From NCBI RefSeq assembly GCF_003334315.1, contig NZ_QOWR01000060.1: DNA of 28,819 nucleotides, one strand, 5' to 3'. This document shows positions 1 to 9,391 of this stretch, piece after piece. The position numbers were made by a program, and so were the translations under genes. The stretch's first letter is position 1. Each line of letters begins with the position of its first letter. The notes below the pieces were generated by a model. That model worked only from the letters and a program-made list of their open reading frames with translations. It had not been told where the DNA came from and did not search any database. Source of the stretch: Escherichia coli. Its GTDB lineage: Bacteria > Pseudomonadota > Gammaproteobacteria > Enterobacterales > Enterobacteriaceae.

Positions 1-50
1 GTCCATTTCCGCGCAGACGATGACGTCACTGCCCGGCTGTATGCGCGAGG

Positions 51-326
51 TTACCGACTGCGGCCTGAGTTTTTTAAATGGCGGAAAATCGTGTTGAGGC
101 CAACGCCCATAATGCGGGCGGTTGCCCGGCATCCAACGCCATTCATGGCCATATCAATGATTTTCTGGTGCGTACCGGGTTGAGAAGCGGTGTAAGTGAA
201 CTGCAGTTGCCATGTTTTACGGCAGTGAGAGCAGAGATAGCGCTGATGTCCGGCGGTGCTTTTGCCGTTACGCACCACCCCGTCAGTAGCTGAACAGGAG
301 GGACAGCTGATAGAAACAGAAGCCAC
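51..326 (-). CDS. insA: IS1 InsA (transposition inhibitor / N-terminal part of InsAB' transposase)
   Basis: 91-aa [43 protein letters not shown]... with the zinc-finger CxxC...CxxC and helix-turn-helix typical of InsA. Confidence 0.95.
   Translation of the reverse strand: MASVSISCPSCSATDGVVRNGKSTAGHQRYLCSHCRKTWQLQFTYTASQPGTHQKIIDMAMNGVGCRATARIMGVGLNTIFRHLKNSGRSR
69..75 (-). other. IS1 programmed -1 ribosomal frameshift motif (A6C) at the insA/insB' junction
   Basis: The + strand reads GTTTTTT, i.e. AAAAAAC on the coding strand, at the end of insA, followed by the insB' frame (ATGGACGAACAGTGG is the rc of the window start). Confidence 0.8.
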
Positions 327-381
327 TGGAGCACCTCAAAAACACCATCATACACTAAATCAGTAAGTTGGCATCATCACC

Positions 382-633
382 GTGAATTTCCCGATATTGT
401 GAGATTAAAGAATAATAATGTTCACAAACAGAACGTGGATCTTCACTTTCACCGGCTAAATCAGCAATGACTAATCCGGAACGACGTAATTGTAATAAGG
501 TAAGGTCCTCCGCAGAGGCGCTGGATATTATTTCATATTCAGGGAAGTGAGTCCTCATGACCTCTTTTAACCCTGCTTGCATAACAGGTATTTTACTGAT
601 AACAATTCCATTTTTGCAGCATCCTGGCAACAT
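382..633 (-). pseudogene. yjjQ: yjjQ 5' fragment (LuxR-family regulator), truncated by the IS1 insertion after about 83 codons
   Basis: The ORF starts [44 protein letters not shown]... (YjjQ N-terminus). The frame runs straight into the IS1 IRL at 381 and stops inside IS1 (...REIH|GDDANLLI*). Full-length YjjQ is about 241 aa as I recall. Confidence 0.85.
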
Positions 634-1253
634 ATTTCCTCCACATCCACTGTCTAAAAATTATGATGGTTTATTCAGGATATTCATTCCTTAAATGTTT
701 CCAGCAAATTAATAGATTAAGCGAATAAATTATCCTTAGCATTCACTTTCATATCAGCATACTCCTGCTGCACAACAACTCCACTGCATGTGTCAGAAGG
801 TTAGCATCAAATGATAACCTGGTGAAATAGCCTGGAGACATTTAAAATATCTACATTAAGTTGTTAGGAATACTTAATGAAAAACAGAAATCACATTCAT
901 TTAATTTATAATTAAATGATATCCCTTCCCGCAGAATGCGGGAATCACACAATCAATATTTATTCAATAAAATCTGATGATTTTAACTTGTTAACACTAA
1001 AAAACGCGCCCAGCTATCTATTATCCTGACCCGTAAAGGCTAAAACAATAAATTCATTATAGTGATAATATTCATGTGATAGTTTGTTTGCGGCGAGAGA
1101 TAATTCGCTTTTTATCACCGAGCTTGTCCCGATAACCAGGATTAATCAGCGCAATTTTGATCTTAACCTACCGCAAAACAACCGTGCTTCATGATACAAA
1201 TGGATTCTCATTATCTGAACAATACGCAGCACGTCTATGACAAAGGGCGAGTT
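634..1253. promoter_or_regulatory. yjjQ / yjjP divergent intergenic region, strongly AT-rich
   Basis: About 600 bp of low-GC DNA between divergent genes, typical of nucleoid-protein (H-NS type) silenced divergent promoters. Contains a perfect hairpin TTCCCGCA-GAA-TGCGGGAA at 926..944. Confidence 0.5.
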
Positions 1254-2024
1254 ATGCAAACTGAGCAACAGCGAGCCGTAACGCGGCTTTGTATCCAGTG
1301 TGGATTATTTCTTTTGCAACATGGTGCGGAAAGCGCGTTGGTTGATGAGCTTTCCTCACGACTGGGTCGGGCGTTGGGAATGGACAGCGTCGAAAGTTCT
1401 ATCTCTTCGAACGCCATAGTGCTGACAACTATTAAAGATGGGCAATGCCTGACATCGACACGAAAAAATCACGATCGCGGCATTAATATGCATGTGGTGA
1501 CTGAAGTCCAGCACATTGTGATTCTTGCGGAGCATCATCTGCTGGATTACAAAGGCGTAGAGAAACGATTTAGCCAAATTCAGCCATTACGTTACCCAAG
1601 ATGGCTGGTAGCCTTAATGGTTGGCCTTTCTTGCGCCTGTTTCTGTAAACTCAATAACGGTGGCTGGGATGGTGCCGTCATCACCTTCTTTGCCAGTACG
1701 ACCGCGATGTATATCCGTCAGCTGCTGGCACAACGTCATCTTCATCCACAGATCAACTTTTGCCTTACCGCTTTCGCCGCCACCACCATTTCCGGATTGC
1801 TTTTGCAACTCCCCACTTTCAGCGATACACCCACCATTGCGATGGCCGCCAGCGTTCTGCTGCTGGTGCCGGGCTTTCCGTTGATTAATGCCGTCGCCGA
1901 TATGTTTAAAGGCCACATCAATACCGGACTGGCACGCTGGGCGATCGCCAGTCTGCTGACGCTGGCTACCTGCGTCGGCGTGGTGATGGCACTGACGATT
2001 TGGGGGCTACGCGGATGGGTGTGA
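1254..2024 (+). CDS. yjjP: YjjP, ThrE-family inner-membrane protein (putative dicarboxylate exporter subunit)
   Basis: ORF 1191..2024; start placed at the internal ATG at 1254 ([12 protein letters not shown]...) to give the ~256-aa protein I recall. Multiple hydrophobic segments in the C-terminal half. Confidence 0.9.
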   Translation: MQTEQQRAVTRLCIQCGLFLLQHGAESALVDELSSRLGRALGMDSVESSISSNAIVLTTIKDGQCLTSTRKNHDRGINMHVVTEVQHIVILAEHHLLDYKGVEKRFSQIQPLRYPRWLVALMVGLSCACFCKLNNGGWDGAVITFFASTTAMYIRQLLAQRHLHPQINFCLTAFAATTISGLLLQLPTFSDTPTIAMAASVLLLVPGFPLINAVADMFKGHINTGLARWAIASLLTLATCVGVVMALTIWGLRGWV

Positions 2025-2488
2025 TCGAGTTTCTGTTTGCATTGGCGCAGGATATGATCCTCGCCGCCATTCCAGCGGTCGGCTTTGCGATGGTGTTCAA
2101 CGTTCCCGTGCGGGCGTTACGCTGGTGTGCGCTGCTTGGCGCGATTGGCCATGGTTCACGAATGATCTTAATGACCAGCGGGCTGAATATTGAGTGGTCA
2201 ACTTTTATGGCTTCTATGCTGGTCGGCACCATTGGTATTCAATGGTCGCGCTGGTATCTGGCGCATCCGAAAGTGTTTACCGTGGCGGCCGTTATCCCTA
2301 TGTTCCCGGGCATATCGGCTTATACCGCAATGATTTCGGCGGTAAAAATCAGCCAGTTAGGTTACAGCGAACCGTTGATGATTACCCTGTTAACCAACTT
2401 TCTTACAGCTTCATCGATTGTTGGTGCGTTATCCATCGGTCTTTCCATTCCTGGATTATGGTTGTACCGCAAGCGCCCTCGCGTATAA
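2015..2488 (+). CDS. yjjB: YjjB, small inner-membrane protein partner of YjjP
   Basis: ORF 2000..2488; start at ATG 2015 ([20 protein letters not shown]...), overlapping the yjjP stop by 10 bp, which suggests translational coupling. Hydrophobic throughout. Confidence 0.9.
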   Translation: MGVIEFLFALAQDMILAAIPAVGFAMVFNVPVRALRWCALLGAIGHGSRMILMTSGLNIEWSTFMASMLVGTIGIQWSRWYLAHPKVFTVAAVIPMFPGISAYTAMISAVKISQLGYSEPLMITLLTNFLTASSIVGALSIGLSIPGLWLYRKRPRV

Positions 2489-2594
2489 AATTGCCTCGCT
2501 TAAGCACACGGATGAGAGACAGCCTCCTCTCCTCCGTGTGTTACTATAAAAGTTATCTCCCTTCTCGTTCATCGTTCCATATTTGAGAAACAGT

Positions 2595-3134
2595 ATGTCT
2601 TCCAGAGTTTTGACCCCGGACGTCGTTGGTATTGACGCCCTGGTACACGATCACCAAACCGTTCTGGCAAAAGCTGAAGGCGGTGTGGTTGCCGTATTTG
2701 CTAACAATGCCCCGGCGTTTTATGCCGTCACGCCTGCACGCCTGGCTGAACTGCTGGCGCTGGAAGAAAAGCTGGCGCGTCCGGGAAGCGATGTCGCTCT
2801 GGACGATCAACTCTATCAGGAACCGCAAGCCGCTCCCGTTGCTGTACCCATGGGGAAATTCGCCATGTATCCGGACTGGCAACCCGATGCCGACTTTATC
2901 CGCCTGGCGGCGCTATGGGGCGTGGCACTAAGAGAGCCGGTGACCACCGAAGAACTGGCCTCATTCATTGCCTACTGGCAGGCGGAAGGTAAAGTCTTTC
3001 ACCATGTGCAGTGGCAACAAAAACTGGCGCGCAGCCTGCAAATCGGTCGTGCCAGCAACGGCGGACTGCCGAAACGAGATGTGAATACGGTCAGCGAACC
3101 TGACAGCCAAATTCCACCAGGATTCAGAGGGTAA
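2595..3134 (+). CDS. dnaT: DnaT, primosomal protein I
   Basis: [35 protein letters not shown]..., 179 aa. Sits immediately upstream of dnaC, as in the dnaTC operon. Confidence 0.95.
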
Positions 3135-3136
3135 CG

Positions 3137-3874
3137 ATGAAAAACGTTGGCGACCTGATGCAACGCCTGCAAAAAATGATGCCTGCCCATATCAAACCTG
3201 CATTCAAAACGGGTGAAGAGCTACTGGCCTGGCAGAAAGAACAAGGGGCGATCCGCTCCGCCGCTCTCGAACGTGAAAATCGGGCGATGAAAATGCAGCG
3301 CACCTTTAACCGCTCCGGTATTCGTCCACTGCATCAGAACTGCTCCTTTGAGAACTATCGCGTTGAGTGTGAAGGGCAGATGAATGCGTTAAGCAAAGCG
3401 CGCCAGTATGTCGAAGAGTTTGACGGCAACATCGCCAGCTTCATCTTTTCTGGTAAGCCAGGAACCGGCAAAAACCATCTGGCGGCGGCAATCTGCAACG
3501 AGCTGCTGCTACGCGGTAAATCCGTATTGATCATCACCGTGGCCGATATTATGTCGGCGATGAAAGATACCTTCAGGAATAGCGGTACCAGCGAAGAACA
3601 ACTGCTTAACGATCTGAGCAACGTTGATCTGCTGGTGATCGATGAGATCGGCGTGCAGACCGAATCGAAATACGAAAAAGTGATCATCAACCAGATCGTC
3701 GATCGCCGCTCTTCTTCCAAACGCCCAACCGGGATGCTGACCAACAGTAATATGGAAGAGATGACCAAGTTGCTGGGCGAACGCGTGATGGACCGTATGC
3801 GCCTGGGTAACAGTTTGTGGGTGATCTTCAACTGGGATAGCTACCGTAGCCGGGTAACAGGTAAAGAGTATTAA
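3137..3874 (+). CDS. dnaC: DnaC, DnaB-helicase loader (AAA+ ATPase)
   Basis: 245 aa with Walker A motif GKPGTGKNHL and Walker B LLVIDEIG. Starts 2 bp after the dnaT stop. Confidence 0.97.
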   Translation: MKNVGDLMQRLQKMMPAHIKPAFKTGEELLAWQKEQGAIRSAALERENRAMKMQRTFNRSGIRPLHQNCSFENYRVECEGQMNALSKARQYVEEFDGNIASFIFSGKPGTGKNHLAAAICNELLLRGKSVLIITVADIMSAMKDTFRNSGTSEEQLLNDLSNVDLLVIDEIGVQTESKYEKVIINQIVDRRSSSKRPTGMLTNSNMEEMTKLLGERVMDRMRLGNSLWVIFNWDSYRSRVTGKEY

Positions 3875-3919
3875 TCCCCGTTTCTGGCGGTATACTGCGA
3901 CACAATTCCACCTTGAGTA

Positions 3920-4417
3920 ATGATGATGAAAACTGTTAAACATCTTCTGTGCTGTGCCATTGCCGCCAGCGCATTAATTTCCACCGGGGTGCATGCTGCG
4001 TCCTGGAAAGATGCGCTCTCCAGCGCCGCCAGCGAACTTGGCAACCAAAACAGCACGACACAGGAAGGCGGTTGGTCGCTCGCGTCATTAACTAACTTGC
4101 TTAGCAGCGGGAACCAGGCCTTAAGCGCAGATAACATGAACAATGCCGCAGGCATTCTGCAATACTGCGCGAAGCAAAAGCTGGCGTCGGTAACCGATGC
4201 CGAAAACATCAAGAACCAGGTGCTGGAAAAGCTGGGCCTGAACAGTGAAGAACAAAAAGAAGACACCAACTATCTGGATGGCATTCAGGGTTTGCTGAAA
4301 ACCAAAGATGGTCAGCAACTCAATCTGGATAACATCGGAACGACTCCGCTGGCAGAAAAGGTGAAAACCAAAGCCTGCGATCTGGTGTTAAAGCAGGGGC
4401 TGAACTTCATTTCCTGA
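3920..4417 (+). CDS. yjjA: YjjA, secreted protein of unknown function (DUF2501-type)
   Basis: N-terminal signal peptide MMMKTVKHLLCCAIAASALISTGVHA; 165-aa ORF; conserved position after dnaC. Confidence 0.85.
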   Translation: MMMKTVKHLLCCAIAASALISTGVHAASWKDALSSAASELGNQNSTTQEGGWSLASLTNLLSSGNQALSADNMNNAAGILQYCAKQKLASVTDAENIKNQVLEKLGLNSEEQKEDTNYLDGIQGLLKTKDGQQLNLDNIGTTPLAEKVKTKACDLVLKQGLNFIS

Positions 4418-4670
4418 ACCGCGAAACGCCGCGTTTTAGCTGTTACCCGGCTGACGCGGCTCTCTCCTGCCCTTTTCCCTGCTCCTGGACGGTTTTCCCC
4501 CTGTTACACGGGAAGCGACCGCGATCAAAAAAGTCTGTTTATAAACTAATTCCTAACAACATCGCATTTTTTTGACACTAGAATTGCAGCAATATGGCGA
4601 CGCCATTACATTGTGCTTCTCAAAAAGCTTAAACGTTGGCTAAACGGCCCGGTTTAGTGAGGATCGCCTG

Positions 4671-6962
4671 TTGTCAGAACTACTCTCTTTCGCCCTTTTT
4701 CTCGCCTCTGTGCTGATTTACGCATGGAAAGCGGGACGTAACACCTGGTGGTTTGCAGCCACATTAACGGTGCTGGGGCTATTTGTCGTTTTAAATATCA
4801 CCCTGTTTGCCAGCGACTATTTTACTGGCGATGGTATTAACGACGCGGTTCTCTATACCTTAACCAATAGCCTGACCGGTGCTGGCGTCAGCAAATACAT
4901 CCTGCCGGGTATCGGCATTGTGCTGGGGCTGACGGCGGTGTTCGGTGCGCTGGGCTGGATCCTGCGCCGTCGTCGTCATCATCCGCACCATTTTGGTTAC
5001 AGCCTGCTGGCGCTCTTACTGGCGCTGGGTTCGGTGGACGCCAGCCCGGCATTTCGTCAGATAACGGAACTGGTGAAATCCCAGTCACGCGACGGCGACC
5101 CGGACTTTGCGGCTTATTATAAAGAGCCGTCGAAAACTATCCCTGACCCGAAACTCAACCTGGTTTATATCTATGGCGAAAGTCTCGAGCGAACCTATTT
5201 TGATAACGAAGCTTTCCCGGATCTCACGCCTGAACTGGGCGCGTTGAAAAATGAAGGCCTGGATTTCAGCCACACGCAGCAGCTGCCAGGAACGGATTAC
5301 ACGATTGCGGGCATGGTGGCTTCTCAGTGCGGCATACCGCTGTTTGCCCCCTTTGAAGGCAACGCCTCCGCTTCTGTTTCCAGCTTCTTCCCGCAGAACA
5401 TCTGTCTGGGCGATATCCTGAAAAACTCGGGTTATCAGAACTATTTCGTGCAGGGCGCGAATCTGCGTTTTGCCGGTAAAGATGTGTTCCTGAAGTCGCA
5501 CGGTTTCGACCATTTATACGGCTCAGAAGAGCTGAAAAGCGTGGTGGCCGACCCGCACTATCGCAACGACTGGGGATTCTACGACGATACCGTTCTCGAT
5601 GAAGCGTGGAAAAAGTTTGAAGAGCTTTCCCGTTCTGGTCAGCGATTCTCACTGTTTACCCTGACAGTCGATACCCATCACCCGGATGGTTTTATCTCGC
5701 GTACCTGTAACCGCAAAAAATATGATTTTGACGGTAAGCCGAACCAGTCATTCAGCGCGGTAAGTTGCAGCCAGGAGAATATCGCGGCGTTTATCAACAA
5801 AATCAAAGCGTCACCGTGGTTTAAAGATACCGTCATCGTCGTCTCTTCTGACCATTTAGCGATGAACAACACGGCGTGGAAATACCTCAATAAGCAGGAT
5901 CGCAATAACCTGTTTTTTGTCATTCGTGGCGACAAGCCGCAGCAAGAGACGCTGGCAGTGAAGCGTAACACGATGGATAACGGCGCGACGGTGCTGGACA
6001 TTCTCGGTGGCGATAACTATCTCGGACTTGGTCGTAGCAGTTTATCCGGGCAGTCGATGTCGGAAATCTTCCTCAATATCAAAGAGAAAACATTGGCGTG
6101 GAAGCCAGATATCATCCGCCTGTGGAAATTCCCTAAAGAGATGAAAGAGTTCACCATCGACCAGCAGAAAAACATGATTGCCTTCTCGGGTAGCCATTTC
6201 CGTTTGCCGCTGCTGTTGCGGGTTTCAGACAAACGCGTGGAACCGCTGCCGGAAAGCGAATACTCAGCACCGCTGCGTTTCCAGCTGGCCGATTTCGCTC
6301 CACGCGACAATTTCGTCTGGGTTGACCGTTGCTATAAGATGGCACAACTCTGGGCTCCGGAACTGGCACTTTCCACCGACTGGTGTGTCTCGCAGGGGCA
6401 GCTTGGCGGTCAGCAAATTGTCCAGCATGTTGACAAAACAACATGGAAGAGCAAGACGGCATTTAAAGATACGGTCATCGACATGGCGCGTTACAAAGGC
6501 AATGTCGATACGCTGAAGATTGTTGATAACGATATTCGCTACAAAGCCGACAGTTTCATCTTTAACGTCGCCGGTGCGCCAGAAGAGGTGAAACAGTTTA
6601 GCGGGATTTCCCGTCCAGAGTCGTGGGGCCGCTGGTCCAACGCGCAGCTGGGCGATGAAGTAAAAATCGAGTACAAGCATCCGCTGCCGAAGAAATTTGA
6701 CCTGGTGATTACCGCCAAAGCATACGGCAATAACGCCAGCCGTCCTATTCCGGTACGCGTAGGCAATGAAGAACAAACTCTTGTGCTGGGCAATGAAGTG
6801 ACCACCACCACACTGCATTTCGATAACCCAACCGATGCCGACACACTGGTAATTGTGCCGCCGGAACCTGTCTCAACCAACGAAGGGAATATCCTCGGAC
6901 ACTCGCCGCGTAAGCTCGGGATCGGCATGGTGGAAATTAAAGTTGTGGAACGTGAAGGGTAA
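4671..6962 (+). CDS. opgB: OpgB (MdoB), phosphoglycerol transferase I for osmoregulated periplasmic glucans
   Basis: 763-aa ORF starting at TTG ([20 protein letters not shown]...). N-terminal transmembrane segments followed by a sulfatase-like domain. Confidence 0.93.
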   Translation: MSELLSFALFLASVLIYAWKAGRNTWWFAATLTVLGLFVVLNITLFASDYFTGDGINDAVLYTLTNSLTGAGVSKYILPGIGIVLGLTAVFGALGWILRRRRHHPHHFGYSLLALLLALGSVDASPAFRQITELVKSQSRDGDPDFAAYYKEPSKTIPDPKLNLVYIYGESLERTYFDNEAFPDLTPELGALKNEGLDFSHTQQLPGTDYTIAGMVASQCGIPLFAPFEGNASASVSSFFPQNICLGDILKNSGYQNYFVQGANLRFAGKDVFLKSHGFDHLYGSEELKSVVADPHYRNDWGFYDDTVLDEAWKKFEELSRSGQRFSLFTLTVDTHHPDGFISRTCNRKKYDFDGKPNQSFSAVSCSQENIAAFINKIKASPWFKDTVIVVSSDHLAMNNTAWKYLNKQDRNNLFFVIRGDKPQQETLAVKRNTMDNGATVLDILGGDNYLGLGRSSLSGQSMSEIFLNIKEKTLAWKPDIIRLWKFPKEMKEFTIDQQKNMIAFSGSHFRLPLLLRVSDKRVEPLPESEYSAPLRFQLADFAPRDNFVWVDRCYKMAQLWAPELALSTDWCVSQGQLGGQQIVQHVDKTTWKSKTAFKDTVIDMARYKGNVDTLKIVDNDIRYKADSFIFNVAGAPEEVKQFSGISRPESWGRWSNAQLGDEVKIEYKHPLPKKFDLVITAKAYGNNASRPIPVRVGNEEQTLVLGNEVTTTTLHFDNPTDADTLVIVPPEPVSTNEGNILGHSPRKLGIGMVEIKVVEREG

Positions 6963-6973
6963 TTCCTGACTGA

Positions 6974-7025
6974 TGTGTAGGTCGCATAAGGTGCGACCTA
7001 CACACCTTCTCCGGCCTACAAAACA
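6974..7025. repeat. Perfect 12-bp-stem hairpin (TGTGTAGGTCGC-ataaggt-GCGACCTACACA) plus a REP-like tail (CCGGCCTACA) between convergent opgB and lgoD
   Basis: Inverted repeat read directly at 6974..7004; REP-like motif at 7011..7020. Likely a bidirectional terminator or REP-type element. Confidence 0.6.
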
Positions 7026-7101
7026 TCATTGAGAAACAGAAAAAAAACAGCGCCCAACACTTCCCCGGACGCTGCATGGCAACTTTAATAATCTCGCCTT
7101 A

Positions 7102-8124
7102 TCAGAAAGTAATTACGCCTTTAATTAACTCACGATTGTTAATCACATCGCGCTCGTAGGTTTCTGCCAGCGTGGCGAACGGATAGCGATGGGTTAACAT
7201 CATGTCGGCAGTGATTTTCCCTTCCGCCATAAGTCGACCGACTTTAGCGAAATCTTCCGGCGTGGCGTTGCGGCTGCCCATCATCGTCGTTTCTTTTTTA
7301 TGGAATTCCGGATCGGAGAACTGCAACTCACCTTTAAACAGGCCGACAAATACCACCGTGCCGCCGTGACGAATCAAATTCACGGTGTTATTCATCGCAT
7401 GTTGATTACCTGTCGCGTCGATCACTTTCTGCGCCAGCGAACCACCAAACTGCGCCCGCAGCTGCGCGTCAAAATCTTCGGCTGACGGGTCCAGCACGGG
7501 CAACTCCAGACGCGTTGCCACATGTTCACGGCGCGCCGGACTGGTATCCGCCACCACCACCTGTGCGCCATCGGCTTTAGCGATTGCCGCCGCGCCCAGA
7601 CCGATTGGCCCCGCCCCGACCACCAGCACCTGCTCGCCGGGAGCAATGGCTGCGCGACGCACCGCATGAGCGCTAATAGCGAAAGGTTCAATCAATGCGG
7701 CCGCCTGCGGGTCAATACCGTCTGCGGGCAAAATGTTCGCCACCGGCACGCTCAAATACTCACTAAAACCGCCATCCTGATGCACGCCAATGACTGAAAT
7801 TTTTTCACAGCAATTGGTACGCCCGCTTTTACACGCCGGGCATTGCTGACAGGCAACATAAGGGATCACAGCAACTTGCTGACCATTTTTAAGATCAGCA
7901 ATATTTTTACCCAGCCCAACAATCTCCCCACATATTTCATGGCCTAAAACACGTGGATAACTAAAAAATGGTTGATTTCCACCCCAGGCATGAATATCGG
8001 TACCGCAAATCCCGACAGACTTAATTTTTATTAATGCTTCATTGTCACCCGGAATAGGTATCTCGCGTTGTTTCCAGACTAATTCTTTCGGCTGCTGGCA
8101 AATTAAAACATTCATCGTAGACAT
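7102..8124 (-). CDS. lgoD: LgoD (YjjN), Zn-dependent L-galactonate 5-dehydrogenase (MDR family)
   Basis: ORF 7102..8139; start placed at the internal ATG (MSTMNVLICQQ...). Contains GHEICGEI zinc-ligand and GAGPIGLG NAD-binding motifs. Confidence 0.9.
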   Translation of the reverse strand: MSTMNVLICQQPKELVWKQREIPIPGDNEALIKIKSVGICGTDIHAWGGNQPFFSYPRVLGHEICGEIVGLGKNIADLKNGQQVAVIPYVACQQCPACKSGRTNCCEKISVIGVHQDGGFSEYLSVPVANILPADGIDPQAAALIEPFAISAHAVRRAAIAPGEQVLVVGAGPIGLGAAAIAKADGAQVVVADTSPARREHVATRLELPVLDPSAEDFDAQLRAQFGGSLAQKVIDATGNQHAMNNTVNLIRHGGTVVFVGLFKGELQFSDPEFHKKETTMMGSRNATPEDFAKVGRLMAEGKITADMMLTHRYPFATLAETYERDVINNRELIKGVITF

Positions 8125-8194
8125 GATTCGGCTCTCCATTTTTTGTTGCCTTAGATATCAATGAAAATGAAAAATGGCAGCGGAACGGAAAATC

Positions 8195-8209
8195 TGTTTT
8201 GTGAAAACA
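8195..8209. promoter_or_regulatory. Candidate GntR-family (LgoR) operator: inverted repeat TGTTTT-gtg-AAAACA in the lgoD/lgoR divergent promoter region
   Basis: Inverted repeat read directly; GT...AC half-sites are typical of GntR/FadR-family operators; located between divergent lgoD and lgoR. Confidence 0.4.
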
Positions 8210-8262
8210 CGCGCATAAAAATGTTTTAAATCGGGTTTTAATGGACTCACAAGGAGGAAAAT

Positions 8263-9177
8263 ATGAGTCGTTCACAAAATTTACGCCACAATGTGATTAA
8301 CCAGGTCATTGATGATATGGCGCGGGGTCATATCCCTTCCCCACTTCCATCGCAAAGTGCGCTGGCGGAAATGTACAACATCAGCCGCACCACAGTGCGT
8401 CATATTCTCAGCCACTTACGCGAATGCGGCGTCTTGACGCAGGTTGGAAACGACTATGTTATTGCGCGTAAACCTGACCATGATGACGGTTTCGCCTGTA
8501 CTACCGCTTCAATGAGTGAACAAAACAAAGTGTTTGAGCAGGCTTTTTTCACGATGATAAACCAGCGCCAGTTACGCCCAGGGGAAACGTTTTCTGAACT
8601 GCAACTGGCTCGGGCCGCGGGTGTCAGCCCGGTTGTAGTAAGAGAATATCTTTTAAAATTCGGCCGTTATAATCTTATTCACAGCGAAAAGCGCGGCCAG
8701 TGGAGCATGAAGCAATTCGATCAATCCTACGCCGAGCAGCTGTTTGAGCTACGCGAAATGCTCGAAACACATTCACTTCAGCACTTTCTCAACCTGCCTG
8801 ATCATGATCCCCGCTGGCTGCAGGCGAAAACCATGCTCGAACGTCATCGGCTACTGCGTGACAACATCGGCAATAGCTTTCGCATGTTCTCGCAACTTGA
8901 CAGAGATTTTCACTCCTTACTGCTTTCAGCTGCCGACAATATCTTTTTTGATCAATCGCTTGAGATCATCTCAGTCATCTTTCATTTTCACTATCAATGG
9001 GACGAAAGCGATCTTAAACAGCGCAATATCATTGCCGTCGATGAGCATATGACCATTCTCAGCGCTCTGATTTGCCGCAGTGACCTTGATGCCACCCTTG
9101 CGCTCCGTAACCATTTGAATTCAGCTAAACAATCAATGATTCGATCCATTAATGAGAACACGCGTTATGCTCATTAA
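8263..9177 (+). CDS. lgoR: LgoR (YjjM), GntR-family transcriptional regulator of L-galactonate catabolism
   Basis: 304 aa; N-terminal winged-HTH (LPSQSALAEMYNISRTTVRHILSHL); divergent from lgoD. Confidence 0.9.
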   Translation: MSRSQNLRHNVINQVIDDMARGHIPSPLPSQSALAEMYNISRTTVRHILSHLRECGVLTQVGNDYVIARKPDHDDGFACTTASMSEQNKVFEQAFFTMINQRQLRPGETFSELQLARAAGVSPVVVREYLLKFGRYNLIHSEKRGQWSMKQFDQSYAEQLFELREMLETHSLQHFLNLPDHDPRWLQAKTMLERHRLLRDNIGNSFRMFSQLDRDFHSLLLSAADNIFFDQSLEIISVIFHFHYQWDESDLKQRNIIAVDEHMTILSALICRSDLDATLALRNHLNSAKQSMIRSINENTRYAH

Positions 9178-9391
9178 GTACGGATTAAAAACAGCAAACT
9201 ATTAGCGGGTGCACGGTTTTATCAAAAGATAAATACCGGGAAATTCCCGCTTACCTATGCTCACAATCAGTCGACTAAAAATGTTTTTGTGAGCGGTAGT
9301 AAAGTCCTAAAACTTTAACCTGCCGTTAATGTCAACCTTGCGTAATGCACAATTACGTAAACAATTAAAATTATAAATACAGGAGTCCGGC

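Larger units (their letters stand above)
1..381 (-). mobile_element. IS1: IS1 insertion sequence, left (IRL-proximal) portion: IRL, insA and the first codons of insB'
   Basis: The reverse complement of 1..381 matches IS1 as I recall it. The terminal inverted repeat is at 359..381 (rc GGTGATGATGCCAACTTACTGAT, one mismatch to the IRL I remember). It contains the insA ORF and the A6C frameshift motif. Confidence 0.95.

Noticed and set aside
78-355. ORFs 78..293 (+) and 143..355 (-) inside IS1
   Set aside because: Alternative frames overlapping insA within the IS1 element; IS1 is known to encode only insA and insB' (InsAB').
4418-4670. Possible terminator or operator in the yjjA-opgB intergenic region (CGCGAAACGCCGCG; palindrome ATGGCGACGCCAT at about 4594..4606)
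   Set aside because: The stems are short or lack a T-tract, and I cannot tie them to a known regulator; too weak to annotate as features.
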